DNA of 64,000 nt from Acidobacteriota bacterium (lineage in GTDB: Bacteria; Acidobacteriota; CAIWXX01): positions 1 through 64,000 of the forward strand of contig JBFMAF010000044.1 of assembly GCA_040755995.1 (NCBI GenBank). Reading direction: 5' to 3'. Shown piece by piece: positions 1 to 9,344 of this stretch; the stretch's first letter is position 1; every line of letters begins with the position of its first letter. A program made the position numbers and the translations under genes. Below the pieces are notes generated by a model. The model was not told the DNA's origin. It made no database searches and saw only the letters and a program-made list of their open reading frames with translations.

Positions 1-116
1 CTACTACCGAGGTCCAGGAGATCGCGCAGAAGGCCCCGCCTGCGGGCACGTACGCGCCCCCTGCCGGTTACGCGAAAAAACCATCGCTAAGCATGCAGGA
101 CCTGCAAGAACGGTAG

Positions 117-194
117 GTAGGGGCGGGTGGCGAACCGCCCTGCGAGCATAGGACGGGTCGCCAACCGCGCGGGTCGTGCGCGACCGACCCCTAC
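117..194. repeat. Inverted pair of GTAG-type REP-like hairpins
   Basis: GTAGGGGCGGGTGGCGAACCGCCC at 117-140, and the reverse complement of 171-194 reads GTAGGGGTCGGTCGCGCACGACCC; overlaps the decarboxylase stop. Confidence 0.45.
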
Positions 195-1651
195 GAGGCG
201 GCCGCTGCCTGGCGGATGTCGCGGATCGCCGCGCGCATCCGGTCGATGTGTGTCCTGAACGACAGCACACAGATGCGGATGGCGTAACGATCGCCCAGCA
301 TCGTGGCGGTGAGATGCACGTGCTGCCGTGAGTTGATCCGGGCGAGGAGGTCTCGATTCAGTCGATTGAGCGAGACCGTGTCGAGGGCGGGCTTGACGAG
401 GCGAAACGCAAGGACCGAGAGCTGCGGCTCGGCGATGATTTCTATCCCGGGGATCTTGCGAAGCCGGCGGGCGGCCCACTGCGCCAGGTCGAGCTTCTCC
501 TGGAGATTTCGGCGGAACGGTTCGATCCCGTGCATCTTGATCGGCAGCCACGCGCGCAGCCCGCGGAAGTCGCGAGAGAGCTCGGGGGAGTACTGGCAGA
601 AATCGACGAAGTCCGGATCCTCCTGCATGTGCGGCATGTAGTCCGCAGTTGTAGCGTGCGCCCTCTTGAGTGCCTCACCGTCACGCACCAGGAGGCAGCC
701 AGTGCCGTAGGGAAGGAACAAGCCCTTGTGCGGATCCAGAATGAGCGAGTCCGCCCGCTCGATTCCCTTCATCGCTTCCCGGCCGCGATCCGTCAGCATG
801 AAGAAGCCGCCGTAGGCGGCGTCGACGTGGAGCCAAAGACGCTCTCTCTGCGCCAGATCGGCCAGTGCACCGAGGTCATCGATGGCACCGGTGTTGGTTG
901 TCCCCGCATTGCCCACAACCAGAAACGGCGTGAGGCCGGCGGCCCTGTCGGCTGCGATTCGCCGCTCCAGCTCGTCCAACCGAATTCGAAACTGCGCATC
1001 TGTCCCGATCACATGAACGTTTGCCGCAGGAAAGCCCACAAGAGTCGCCGCCTTCTGAATGGAGTGATGTGTCTGATCGGACGCGTAGATGATGCCCGAG
1101 AGGAAGTCATCTTGGAGGCGCTCGCGACGTGCGGTGAAGATTGCGGAGAAACTGGCGAGCGAACCGCCGCTCGTGAGAATGCCGCGTGCCGTCTGCGGAT
1201 AACCCACGATTTCGGAGAACCAGCGGATGACGTTGGCTTCGAGCTGGGCGAGAGCGGGAGCGGCTGCCCATACGCCGACGTAGCGATTCACTCCGTCCGC
1301 GATGAAGTCGGCGACGGCGGAGTGGAACAGGCCGCCACCGGGGATGTAGGCGAGGTAGCCGGGGCCCGGGGTGTTGTAGCTCTTCGGCACGAGCTTCTCA
1401 AAGAGCAGCGCCATGAGCTCCTCGTAAGGCTGTCCCTGCCGTGGCAGCGGCTCGATGAGGGAACGAGCCAGCTCGGCGGCTCCCTCGGTATCCGCTGCGG
1501 GCTGGACCGGCAGCGTGCGGATGTGTGAGAAGACGCGCCTGGCCGCCTCTGACAGCAGCCGCCGCATGTCTTTCTGCGATAGCTCAAGCGACTTGTCAGG
1601 CCTGCTCACCTCGAGATCCTCCAACTTCGCCAGATCACCATCGAGTGCCAA
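191..1651 (-). CDS. Group II PLP-dependent amino-acid decarboxylase
   Basis: TSGGS, GTTNTGAID, WLHVDAAYGG and DPHK (PLP lysine) motifs. Confidence 0.9.
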   Translation of the reverse strand: MALDGDLAKLEDLEVSRPDKSLELSQKDMRRLLSEAARRVFSHIRTLPVQPAADTEGAAELARSLIEPLPRQGQPYEELMALLFEKLVPKSYNTPGPGYLAYIPGGGLFHSAVADFIADGVNRYVGVWAAAPALAQLEANVIRWFSEIVGYPQTARGILTSGGSLASFSAIFTARRERLQDDFLSGIIYASDQTHHSIQKAATLVGFPAANVHVIGTDAQFRIRLDELERRIAADRAAGLTPFLVVGNAGTTNTGAIDDLGALADLAQRERLWLHVDAAYGGFFMLTDRGREAMKGIERADSLILDPHKGLFLPYGTGCLLVRDGEALKRAHATTADYMPHMQEDPDFVDFCQYSPELSRDFRGLRAWLPIKMHGIEPFRRNLQEKLDLAQWAARRLRKIPGIEIIAEPQLSVLAFRLVKPALDTVSLNRLNRDLLARINSRQHVHLTATMLGDRYAIRICVLSFRTHIDRMRAAIRDIRQAAAAS

Positions 1652-1797
1652 GCATACCAGAATCGCGCGGAGTCCTCAGAATCGGCCCAGTCCCGCAGAG
1701 GGTGACCCGACCTTGCGACATTGTGGCTCGACGGGCTGCAGCATGGTGAGCCGTCGTGGTAGAATCTGGGTGAGCCAGAGAGGCTAGGAAGTTCGCC

Positions 1798-2067
1798 ATG
1801 CAAACCACAAGACCCGTTGAGATTCCGGTTGAGTGGCTCGAGGGTGTACCTGACGAAACCGCTGCCTTGCAGCAGATTTTCCGAATGGGCCTGCGGCAGT
1901 ACCGAATCGAGCGTGCCATCGCGCTGTACCGCGATGGTGTGGGATCCCTGGGGTACATCGCAGAGATCCTCCACCTTGACAAGCGGGATCTGGTTCGAGA
2001 GGCCAGGCTGCGCGGCATCGACCCTGAATTTAGCGAGGAATCGGTCCGAGAGGAACTCGCTGAATGA
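1798..2067 (+). CDS. UPF0175-family antitoxin-like protein
   Basis: 89 aa with AIALYRDGVGSLGYIAEI HTH-like segment; ATGA overlap with the downstream PIN gene. Confidence 0.7.
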   Translation: MQTTRPVEIPVEWLEGVPDETAALQQIFRMGLRQYRIERAIALYRDGVGSLGYIAEILHLDKRDLVREARLRGIDPEFSEESVREELAE

Positions 2068-2582
2068 CCCGGGCGGTCGTCGCGGACGCCGGGCCGCTCA
2101 TCGCCCTCTCCAAGTTGAATCTCCTTCCCGTCCTGCGGCTGCTGTACGAACGAGTGCACTTCACCGGCGGCGTGTACGACGAGGCGGTCACAGCTGGGCG
2201 CCGCTTGGGACATGAGGATGCGCAGGAGCTCGCCTCCTTTCTCAAACGAGCGGGATGGGAGGCCGTACATTCCGTCGGGATTCGGCACGAACTCGACGGG
2301 ATGCCATTGGATCGCGGAGAGAAGGAGAGTATTTCTCTGGCACTCGACATGAGCGCGCTGCTTCTGATGGACGAAGGGAGAGGGAGGGAGATGGCGCGCC
2401 GGCTGCACTTGCCGCTCAAGGGTACACTCGGCGTCTTGATCCAGGCGTACCGGCGTGGATTCCTGGCAGCGGATGAACTGCGCCACTACTTCGAGCAGAT
2501 AGAAACCAGAAAGGACATCTGGATCAGCCCCGGCCTGTGCCGGCGGCTTCTGCAAGAGGAGTTCGGACAGAGTTCCGGATAG
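2064..2582 (+). CDS. DUF3368/PIN-domain toxin-like protein
   Basis: VVADAGPLIAL, LDRGEKESI, LLMDE, KGTLGVL. Confidence 0.8.
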   Translation: MTRAVVADAGPLIALSKLNLLPVLRLLYERVHFTGGVYDEAVTAGRRLGHEDAQELASFLKRAGWEAVHSVGIRHELDGMPLDRGEKESISLALDMSALLLMDEGRGREMARRLHLPLKGTLGVLIQAYRRGFLAADELRHYFEQIETRKDIWISPGLCRRLLQEEFGQSSG

Positions 2583-2635
2583 CCGGCCTGGCACGCGAGG
2601 TGATCATCGCTTTGCGGTGGTCGTTTGCCGAAGGC

Positions 2636-3367
2636 TCACGCCGATCTGGCAACGTCGCTGGTGATGCGACCGTCGTGGAGCGTGATGATGCGGCTTGCGC
2701 GGTTGGAGAGGGCCATGTCGTGTGTGACCACGACCATTGTACGGCCGGCTTTCCAGAGCTCCGTGAAGAGGCTCATGATGTCGCCGCCGGAGGCGGAGTC
2801 GAGGTTGCCTGTGGGCTCGTCGGCCAAAATGATGTCCGGGTTCATCGCCATGGCGCGCGCGATGGCGACTCGCTGCATCTGGCCGCCCGAGAGCTCTGTG
2901 GGCTTGTGATCCATGCGATTGGCGAGCCCGACGCGATCGAGAAGCTCAGATGTCCGCTTCCGCCTCTCGCCGACCGGCACGGCTCCGAACAGCATCGGCA
3001 TCTCGACGTTTTCGTATGCGGTGATCTGCGGCAGCAGATTGAAATTCTGGAAGACGAACCCGACACGTCTGTTTCTCACGTCGGCGAGGCGGTCGCGGTC
3101 CAGTCCAGCTATCGGCTCTCCTCCGATGTGGTAGGTACCCCCGGTCGGAGTATCCAGGCAGCCGATGAGGTTCATGAGAGTGGACTTCCCGGAGCCTGAC
3201 GGGCCTACGATCGCCAAGAACTCCCCCTTCTTGACTGCCATGTCGATCCCGGCAAGAGCCTCCACCTGAACCTTGCCCGTGTCGTACACCTTTCGAATAC
3301 CCTCCATCAGGATGAGCGGACCGTTGTTGTGGTTGTTGCCGTTCTTCCTGCTCAAGGGCCAGTTCAT
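2636..3367 (-). CDS. ABC transporter ATP-binding protein (MacB/LolD type)
   Basis: GPSGSGKST, LSGGQ, ILADEPTGNLD, VTHD. Confidence 0.95.
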   Translation of the reverse strand: MNWPLSRKNGNNHNNGPLILMEGIRKVYDTGKVQVEALAGIDMAVKKGEFLAIVGPSGSGKSTLMNLIGCLDTPTGGTYHIGGEPIAGLDRDRLADVRNRRVGFVFQNFNLLPQITAYENVEMPMLFGAVPVGERRKRTSELLDRVGLANRMDHKPTELSGGQMQRVAIARAMAMNPDIILADEPTGNLDSASGGDIMSLFTELWKAGRTMVVVTHDMALSNRASRIITLHDGRITSDVARSA

Positions 3368-3380
3368 GACATCTCCCTCA

Positions 3381-4634
3381 TCATTCGTACCTCAGTGTTT
3401 CGGCCGGATCGATGCCGGCGGCGCGGCGCGCCGGGAAGTAGCCTGCCAGGGTGCCGATTACGCCGAGAATCGAGGCCGTCGCGAGCCCGATCTGCCACGA
3501 GAGAGTCGGCTTGCCGAGGAGCTGGAGCGCCATGTTGTCTCCGGTGGGAAGGAATCCCAGCAGTATGATCACGACGATGGCGATCACCATTCCCCAGGCA
3601 CCTCCCAGCACGGTGTAGATGAGCCCCTGCAGGACGAACGGCCCGGTGATCCACGCCCGGCGGGCTCCAAGCGCCATCTGAACGCCGATCTCGCGCGTCT
3701 TCTCCTTCACCACCGCATACATGATGTTGGCAACCCCGATGCCTCCTATGAGCAGCGTCAGGCCGCCTATGAGGCCCAGGAATATCTGGATTCCGATCGT
3801 CACGTTGGCCATGACCTTCGACGTCTTTACCGTGTCCCAGACCTGCACGACCTTCGGGTCCTCGGGGTCGAACATGTACTTGGCCCCGAGGACCTCGTTG
3901 AAGCGCTTCAACGCGCGCTGCATGTCGTCGGGCTGTCTCACGTGAAGCAACACATTGGTGAGCGTCTGCCTCCCGAACTGAGCGACGAAGGTCGAGATTG
4001 GGACGACGACGTTGCTGTCATCCGGACCCTTGTACGCGCCCATCTGAAGCTTGTGCCGCATCACACCGACAACAAGGTACGGGGAATCGTTGATCGTGAG
4101 TGTCTTGCCGACGGGGTCTTCGTCGCCGAAGATGTCCTTGGCGATCTTGTCGCCCAGGAAGACCACACGCCGCTTCTCGGCATCGTCAATGGGATTCAAG
4201 AAGCGTCCTCCCATGACAGGCATGTGGTTGCGAAGGGCGCCGTAGTCGCAGCTCGTGCCGTTGACTCGCCCGGAGATGCTCTTCCGCCCATACGACAACG
4301 TCACCCCCCACTCGGTGATCTCGCCGATGAGCCCGTCGGCCTCGGGCAGCCTCGCTCGGAGGTAGGCCACATCGTCCACCATCGGGCGGATTGCGCGGCC
4401 GGCGGGCAGTCCTTTCCATGGTTTCGACGTCTCGCCGGGCCATATGACCGCGATGTTCTCGCCCATGCCCCGGCGTCCGGTGATCAGCTGGTTCTTCAGC
4501 CCCTCGCCGAACGCCAGCAGCAGCACGATCGCCACAGTGCCCCACGCAATCGCAGCGATCGTCAGCGCGGCGCGCTTCTTCTGAAGCATGGATGCGCGCA
4601 TGAAGAGGTAGAAGATCAGGCCGAAGCGAGTCAT
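3381..4634 (-). CDS. ABC transporter permease (MacB-PCD/FtsX)
   Basis: GGIGVANIM, TREIGVQMALGA, PARRAAGIDPAETLRYE. Confidence 0.9.
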   Translation of the reverse strand: MTRFGLIFYLFMRASMLQKKRAALTIAAIAWGTVAIVLLLAFGEGLKNQLITGRRGMGENIAVIWPGETSKPWKGLPAGRAIRPMVDDVAYLRARLPEADGLIGEITEWGVTLSYGRKSISGRVNGTSCDYGALRNHMPVMGGRFLNPIDDAEKRRVVFLGDKIAKDIFGDEDPVGKTLTINDSPYLVVGVMRHKLQMGAYKGPDDSNVVVPISTFVAQFGRQTLTNVLLHVRQPDDMQRALKRFNEVLGAKYMFDPEDPKVVQVWDTVKTSKVMANVTIGIQIFLGLIGGLTLLIGGIGVANIMYAVVKEKTREIGVQMALGARRAWITGPFVLQGLIYTVLGGAWGMVIAIVVIILLGFLPTGDNMALQLLGKPTLSWQIGLATASILGVIGTLAGYFPARRAAGIDPAETLRYE

Positions 4635-4697
4635 ATCAGTTAACAGTTGTCAGTTGACAGTTGATGGTTGCCGGACCGGTCTGGGACGCGAAGTTCG

Positions 4698-5930
4698 TCA
4701 TAGTTTCATCGCCGTGACTGGGTCGAGGTCCGCGGCTGTCTTCGCGGGAAAGTAGCCGGCCAGGGCGCCGATCGCGCCGAGTATCGCGGTAGTGAGCAGT
4801 GCCACCCTGAGCGAGACTTGCGGATCGCCCACGTACTCGGTCAGTTTCAGCGCGGGAAAGGCCGAGCAGATGGCCGCGGAGATGAGCAGCCCCAGCGAGC
4901 CCCCCACCGACGTGAACAGGAGTGTCTCGAGAAGGAACTGCCGCATGATGTACCCGCGCCGGGCGCCCAGCGCCATCTTGATCCCGATCTCGCGGGTGCG
5001 CTCCTCGACGATCACGTTCATGATGTTCGAGACGCCGATGCCGCCCACCACCAGCGTCAGCGATCCGACGATGCCGAGGAACAGCTGGAAGGCGATCATG
5101 AACGTGTCCATGAACTCGAACATCTCGGTCGTATCCCAGATCATCAGGGCCTCGGTATCGGCCGGGTTGAAGTGCAGGCGTCGGCCGAGAATCGCGGTGA
5201 CCTCCCTGGTCAGCTCCTTGTTCCCAGCCGGCGTCTCAGCGCGATAGATCATGTTGTCGATGTACTTGGCGCCCGTGATCGCCTTGTACGTAGACGACGG
5301 GATGAAGGCCAGGTCGGAATCACGGCTGTTGTAGCTCGAATCCTGTTCCTTCGGAGCCAGGACGCCGACCACCTGGAACGGCGAATCTCCAAGCATCAGG
5401 ACCCGCCCTACCGGGTTCTCCTCGTTGAAGACGTCCTGAGCGATCTGGTTGCCGAGGAAGACGACACGCCGGCGGTCCCGCATGTCCGTGGGATTGATGA
5501 AACGCCCTCCTTCTCTCGGAACCAGGTTTCGCATCGTGCCGAACTCAGGGGTGACCCCCGACACGAATACCATCATCGTCCGCTCGCCGTGATGTATCTT
5601 GAAGTTCTGTGAATACTCGCCGGAGATCGCCACGAGCCCGCGCGCCTCCTTCGCAACCGCCTCGATGTCTTCGTCCGCCACTAGAATCTTCCGACCCTTT
5701 CCCAATCCCTCGTACGGCATGCTCGTCCGCGCCGGCCACGCGATGACGATGCGATCTCCCAGCCCTGCAACGCTCTTCACGAGCTGTTTATGCAGCCCCT
5801 GTCCGAACGCCAGCAGGAGGCTCACGGCGACCGTCCCCCACAGGATTCCAAACGTCGTCAGCAGCGTGCGGAGCTTCTGCGTGCGCAGGTCGCGCCAGAG
5901 CTGCCTCAGTACGTCAGCCGCCCCGTGCAT
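4698..5930 (-). CDS. ABC transporter permease (MacB-PCD/FtsX), paralogue
   Basis: GGIGVSNIM, ERTREIGIKMALGA, C-terminal TM helices. Confidence 0.9.
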   Translation of the reverse strand: MHGAADVLRQLWRDLRTQKLRTLLTTFGILWGTVAVSLLLAFGQGLHKQLVKSVAGLGDRIVIAWPARTSMPYEGLGKGRKILVADEDIEAVAKEARGLVAISGEYSQNFKIHHGERTMMVFVSGVTPEFGTMRNLVPREGGRFINPTDMRDRRRVVFLGNQIAQDVFNEENPVGRVLMLGDSPFQVVGVLAPKEQDSSYNSRDSDLAFIPSSTYKAITGAKYIDNMIYRAETPAGNKELTREVTAILGRRLHFNPADTEALMIWDTTEMFEFMDTFMIAFQLFLGIVGSLTLVVGGIGVSNIMNVIVEERTREIGIKMALGARRGYIMRQFLLETLLFTSVGGSLGLLISAAICSAFPALKLTEYVGDPQVSLRVALLTTAILGAIGALAGYFPAKTAADLDPVTAMKL

Positions 5931-6024
5931 CTTGGCCTCCGTTCCTTGTCTCCGCGTCTCCGTCTCTCCGCGTCCCCGGGTCTGATGCGCACCGCCACCA
6001 TGTCAAATGGCCTCATAGCGTGGC

Positions 6025-7131
6025 CTATATGATCTCGCGCGGCGGTCTCTCGACCACCCTGTCTCCAGCCTTGAGGCCGGACAAGATCTCTACGTTCAGG
6101 CCATCTGACAATCCGATCGTCACCGGAATCTTCTTCGGCTCGTCCTTCTCCGACTTGCCGGGGACCTCGACGAACGTCTTTCGGCCCTCATCCTCGAAGA
6201 TCACCAGCCGCTCGGGGATCACCAGAACGTCCTTCTTCTCGCGGATGATGACGTCCGCATTGGCCGAGTAGCCGGCGCGCAGGGTCACATCTGTGGTCGG
6301 ATCGAGCTCGATTTCGACGTCAAAGAGCGTGCTGCCCTCCTTCTTCTGCGCCTGCGGCGCGATTCTGGATACTCGGCCCGTGACCAGATCCTTCGGCAGC
6401 GCTCCGACCTTGATTCTCACTGGCATCCCGACCTTCATCTTGCCGACGTCGATCTCGTCAACGGTGCCCTTGAAGATGAGGTCGTTCATCTCCGCGACGG
6501 TGGCCATCTCCGTGCCGGGCTGGTATGAGGTGAGGGGGACCACCGGATCGCCCGGATCGACCTCGCGAGTCAGAATGGTGCCGGCCGCCGGCGATCGCAC
6601 GATTGTTTCCATGGCGGCACCGCCGCCGGTCACCCGCCCGCTGGTTGTGAGCTCGCGGCTCTGGCGGGCTTTGTTGAGGGCGACCGTGGCCAGGTCGAAG
6701 GCCTCCTTGCGTGCGTCCAGATCGCCCTTGGACACGACACCCTGGGCGTGGAGCTCCTGGTAGCGCAGGTAGTCCGCCTTGGCGCGCTCGTAGGAGGCCT
6801 GGGTAGACTGCAGTCCCCGGTCCACCTCGATGAGCTCCTGCGGCGTCGGGTCAGGGGCGATCTCGAAGAGCGGGTCACCGGGCTTCACGTGGTCGCCCAC
6901 TTCGACATAGCACTTCCTGACGATCCCCGAGACCTTGCTCTTGACCGAGAACTTCAGGCGCGGCTCGATCTGGCCTACCGCAACCGCCTTCTCGGTGATC
7001 GAGTCGATCTTGGCCTCGACGAGCTTCGTGCCGTTCTCGCCCTTCCCGCGGTTGCGAATCCAGGCGTAGATTCCCGTGGCGACGGCCCCGACCACGAGCA
7101 GCAGGACAAGGACCTTCAGCAGCTTCCGCAT
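6025..7131 (-). CDS. Efflux periplasmic adaptor (HlyD/MacA family)
   Basis: N-terminal TM after MRKLLK, VEVGDHVKPGDPLF lipoyl half, coiled hairpin, VDEIDVGKMKVG; first gene of the ABC operon. Confidence 0.9.
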   Translation of the reverse strand: MRKLLKVLVLLLVVGAVATGIYAWIRNRGKGENGTKLVEAKIDSITEKAVAVGQIEPRLKFSVKSKVSGIVRKCYVEVGDHVKPGDPLFEIAPDPTPQELIEVDRGLQSTQASYERAKADYLRYQELHAQGVVSKGDLDARKEAFDLATVALNKARQSRELTTSGRVTGGGAAMETIVRSPAAGTILTREVDPGDPVVPLTSYQPGTEMATVAEMNDLIFKGTVDEIDVGKMKVGMPVRIKVGALPKDLVTGRVSRIAPQAQKKEGSTLFDVEIELDPTTDVTLRAGYSANADVIIREKKDVLVIPERLVIFEDEGRKTFVEVPGKSEKDEPKKIPVTIGLSDGLNVEILSGLKAGDRVVERPPREII

Positions 7132-7316
7132 GTCTTTCTCCTCGGTGCCGTCGGACTCTCGCGGCTCCCTCTCCCCCTCCAATACGCAGACTCCGGCCCT
7201 GAAGTTCAGACTCATCAGAGTCGCCCGATTCGGTCACATCGACCCAGCTGCGTGCAACTTGCCGCTTCACAAACGCGTATGTGAGAGTGGAGCGCGTTGC
7301 GCAGCAAGGAGTATGC

Positions 7317-8471
7317 ATGAGACTGAGAATGGAAGCTGATCCCAGGAGCACCACCCGATTCCTGCCGTTCGCACTTGCCATGTCGTTGGCGATCGCCACG
7401 GCAGCTACGGCCGCCAATCCTTACCCGGTAATGGTGGGCGACCCGGCGCCCAGGCTGTCCGTGGGCAAATGGATCAAAGGGGATCCGGTCGAATCGGTGG
7501 CGCCTGGCAACGTCTACGTGGTGGAGTTCTGGGCGACGTGGTGCGCTCCATGCAGAGAGACGATCCCGCATCTGACAGAGCTCCAGAAGAAGTTCGCCGG
7601 AAAGGCGACATTTGTTGGAGTGAGCGTCTGGGAGGCGGATCAGGCCGACGTGGCTCCGTTCGTACAGGAGATGGGCGACAAGATGGTGTACCGGGTGGCG
7701 TCTGATTCTTTCGACGGACCGCTTCCGGCCGAAGCGGACGGGCGATGGGCGCACGATCACGGTGTGATGTCGCGCAGCTGGATGACCGCGTCAGGCTGGG
7801 ATCAGATCGGTATCCCCACCGCGTTCGTTGTGGACCGGCAGGGGAAGGTAGCGTGGATCGGCGATCCGAGAGACCTGGAAGCCCCCCTTGCAAAGATCGT
7901 CGATGGCACCTGGGACCTGGTGCAACAGGCGAAGGAGTATCTCGTCGAGCAGGAGAAGCTGAAGATCGATCGCGAGTTGGTGGGCGCGATGGAAGAGACC
8001 CGTGATAAGGGGGACCCACTCCGTGCGGTCGAGCTCGCCGAGCAGTTTCTGGCGCGAGACCCGCGGAAGAACGTTCATATCATGGGATTCGAGTTCGAAT
8101 GCCTGTACGTGGACCTGAAGGATGCCGCCAAGGCGAATGCATGCGCTCGCCGCGCGCTCGATCTGCCGCAGGATGGTGAGACCACACCGTTGCCGCAGAT
8201 CGCCTATGTCATGGCCTTTCAGGCTCCGGAAGGCGTTCGACCGGACGCGCAATTGGGCCTGGCGGTCGCGCAGAAGGCGAACGACCTGGCCGAGGGCAAG
8301 AGGGTGGGGGTGCGGCAAGCGCTCGCGAGGTTCCTCTATCTGAGCGGGGACTGCAAGCAGGCGGCGGCAGAGCAGGCAAAGGCGATCGAGGTTTCCCGCG
8401 CGCGCGACAAGACAGCCATGCAGAAGCGTCTGGACGAGTACAAGCACGCGGCGGAGGCCGGTGGCTGCTGA
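7317..8471 (+). CDS. Exported TlpA/redoxin-family thiol-disulfide oxidoreductase with helical (TPR-like) C-terminus
   Basis: Signal peptide; EFWATWCAPC; GIPTAFVVD. Confidence 0.85.
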   Translation: MRLRMEADPRSTTRFLPFALAMSLAIATAATAANPYPVMVGDPAPRLSVGKWIKGDPVESVAPGNVYVVEFWATWCAPCRETIPHLTELQKKFAGKATFVGVSVWEADQADVAPFVQEMGDKMVYRVASDSFDGPLPAEADGRWAHDHGVMSRSWMTASGWDQIGIPTAFVVDRQGKVAWIGDPRDLEAPLAKIVDGTWDLVQQAKEYLVEQEKLKIDRELVGAMEETRDKGDPLRAVELAEQFLARDPRKNVHIMGFEFECLYVDLKDAAKANACARRALDLPQDGETTPLPQIAYVMAFQAPEGVRPDAQLGLAVAQKANDLAEGKRVGVRQALARFLYLSGDCKQAAAEQAKAIEVSRARDKTAMQKRLDEYKHAAEAGGC

Positions 8472-8509
8472 GGGGCCTGCGAGAGATCAGGCCGAGAGTC
8501 CCCGGGCCG

Positions 8510-9289
8510 CTACGCGCCCTTGAACACAGGCTTCCGCTTCTCTTTGAATGCGCGCACGCCTTCCTTGTAGTCCTCGCTGTCGTAGACGAGCCGCCTCAGG
8601 CCCTGAATACGCTCGAACGTTTCCGGGCTGATCGGGTGCGAGCCGGTCAGGATTCTGAGCTGTTCTTTGATCACGCGGATCGCGAGGGGCGAATTCCGCG
8701 TGATCGAGTTTGCCAGCGCGCGTGTGAATGACTCGATCTCCTGAGGCGGCACCAGGTGGTTGAGTATGCCCACGCTGGCGGCTCTTTGCGCACTGAGGGG
8801 CTCGGCGGTGAAGAACATCTCCTTGACGTAGTGGGCGCCGAGAACGTTGAGAAAGTGCAGTATGCCCGATGAGTTGTATGGGACGCCGATCTTGGCCGGG
8901 GTTATGGCGAAGGTGGCAGAGGGAGTTCCCACTAGGATGTCGCAGACGAAGGCCAGATCGCAGGCTCCGCCCCACACTCCGCCTTCGACCATCGCGATGA
9001 CCGGTGCGGGGAATTTCTGCACGATGCGGAGGACCTGCTCGAGCGGATCGTTGTAGCTGAGAGGATCTCTTCCGGGCTCCGGCAGCTCGCACACGTCGAG
9101 ACCCGCGGACCACACCTTGGCTCCCGAAGCAGCTCGCACGATGACGGCCTGCGCGCGGGTCTTCTCGATGCGCCCGAACGCCTCCATCAGCTCCTGGAGC
9201 ATCTGCTTGTTAAGGCTGTTTCTCTTCGCGTCGTTGTTGAACTGGATCGTGCCGATACCGTCCGACAGATCGCAGAGGATGAACTCCAT
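8510..9289 (-). CDS. scpB: Methylmalonyl-CoA decarboxylase (crotonase superfamily)
   Basis: KVWSAGLD, GRDPLSYNDPL, VEGGVWGGA, TPAKIGVPYN, FERIQGLRR, DSEDYKEG match my recollection of ScpB/YgfG; GGAGG RBS. Confidence 0.8.
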   Translation of the reverse strand: MEFILCDLSDGIGTIQFNNDAKRNSLNKQMLQELMEAFGRIEKTRAQAVIVRAASGAKVWSAGLDVCELPEPGRDPLSYNDPLEQVLRIVQKFPAPVIAMVEGGVWGGACDLAFVCDILVGTPSATFAITPAKIGVPYNSSGILHFLNVLGAHYVKEMFFTAEPLSAQRAASVGILNHLVPPQEIESFTRALANSITRNSPLAIRVIKEQLRILTGSHPISPETFERIQGLRRLVYDSEDYKEGVRAFKEKRKPVFKGA

Positions 9290-9344
9290 GGAAGTGGCCT
9301 CCATGCCAGGCGCCTCATACGGCGCGTCAGGTAGTTGTCGATGG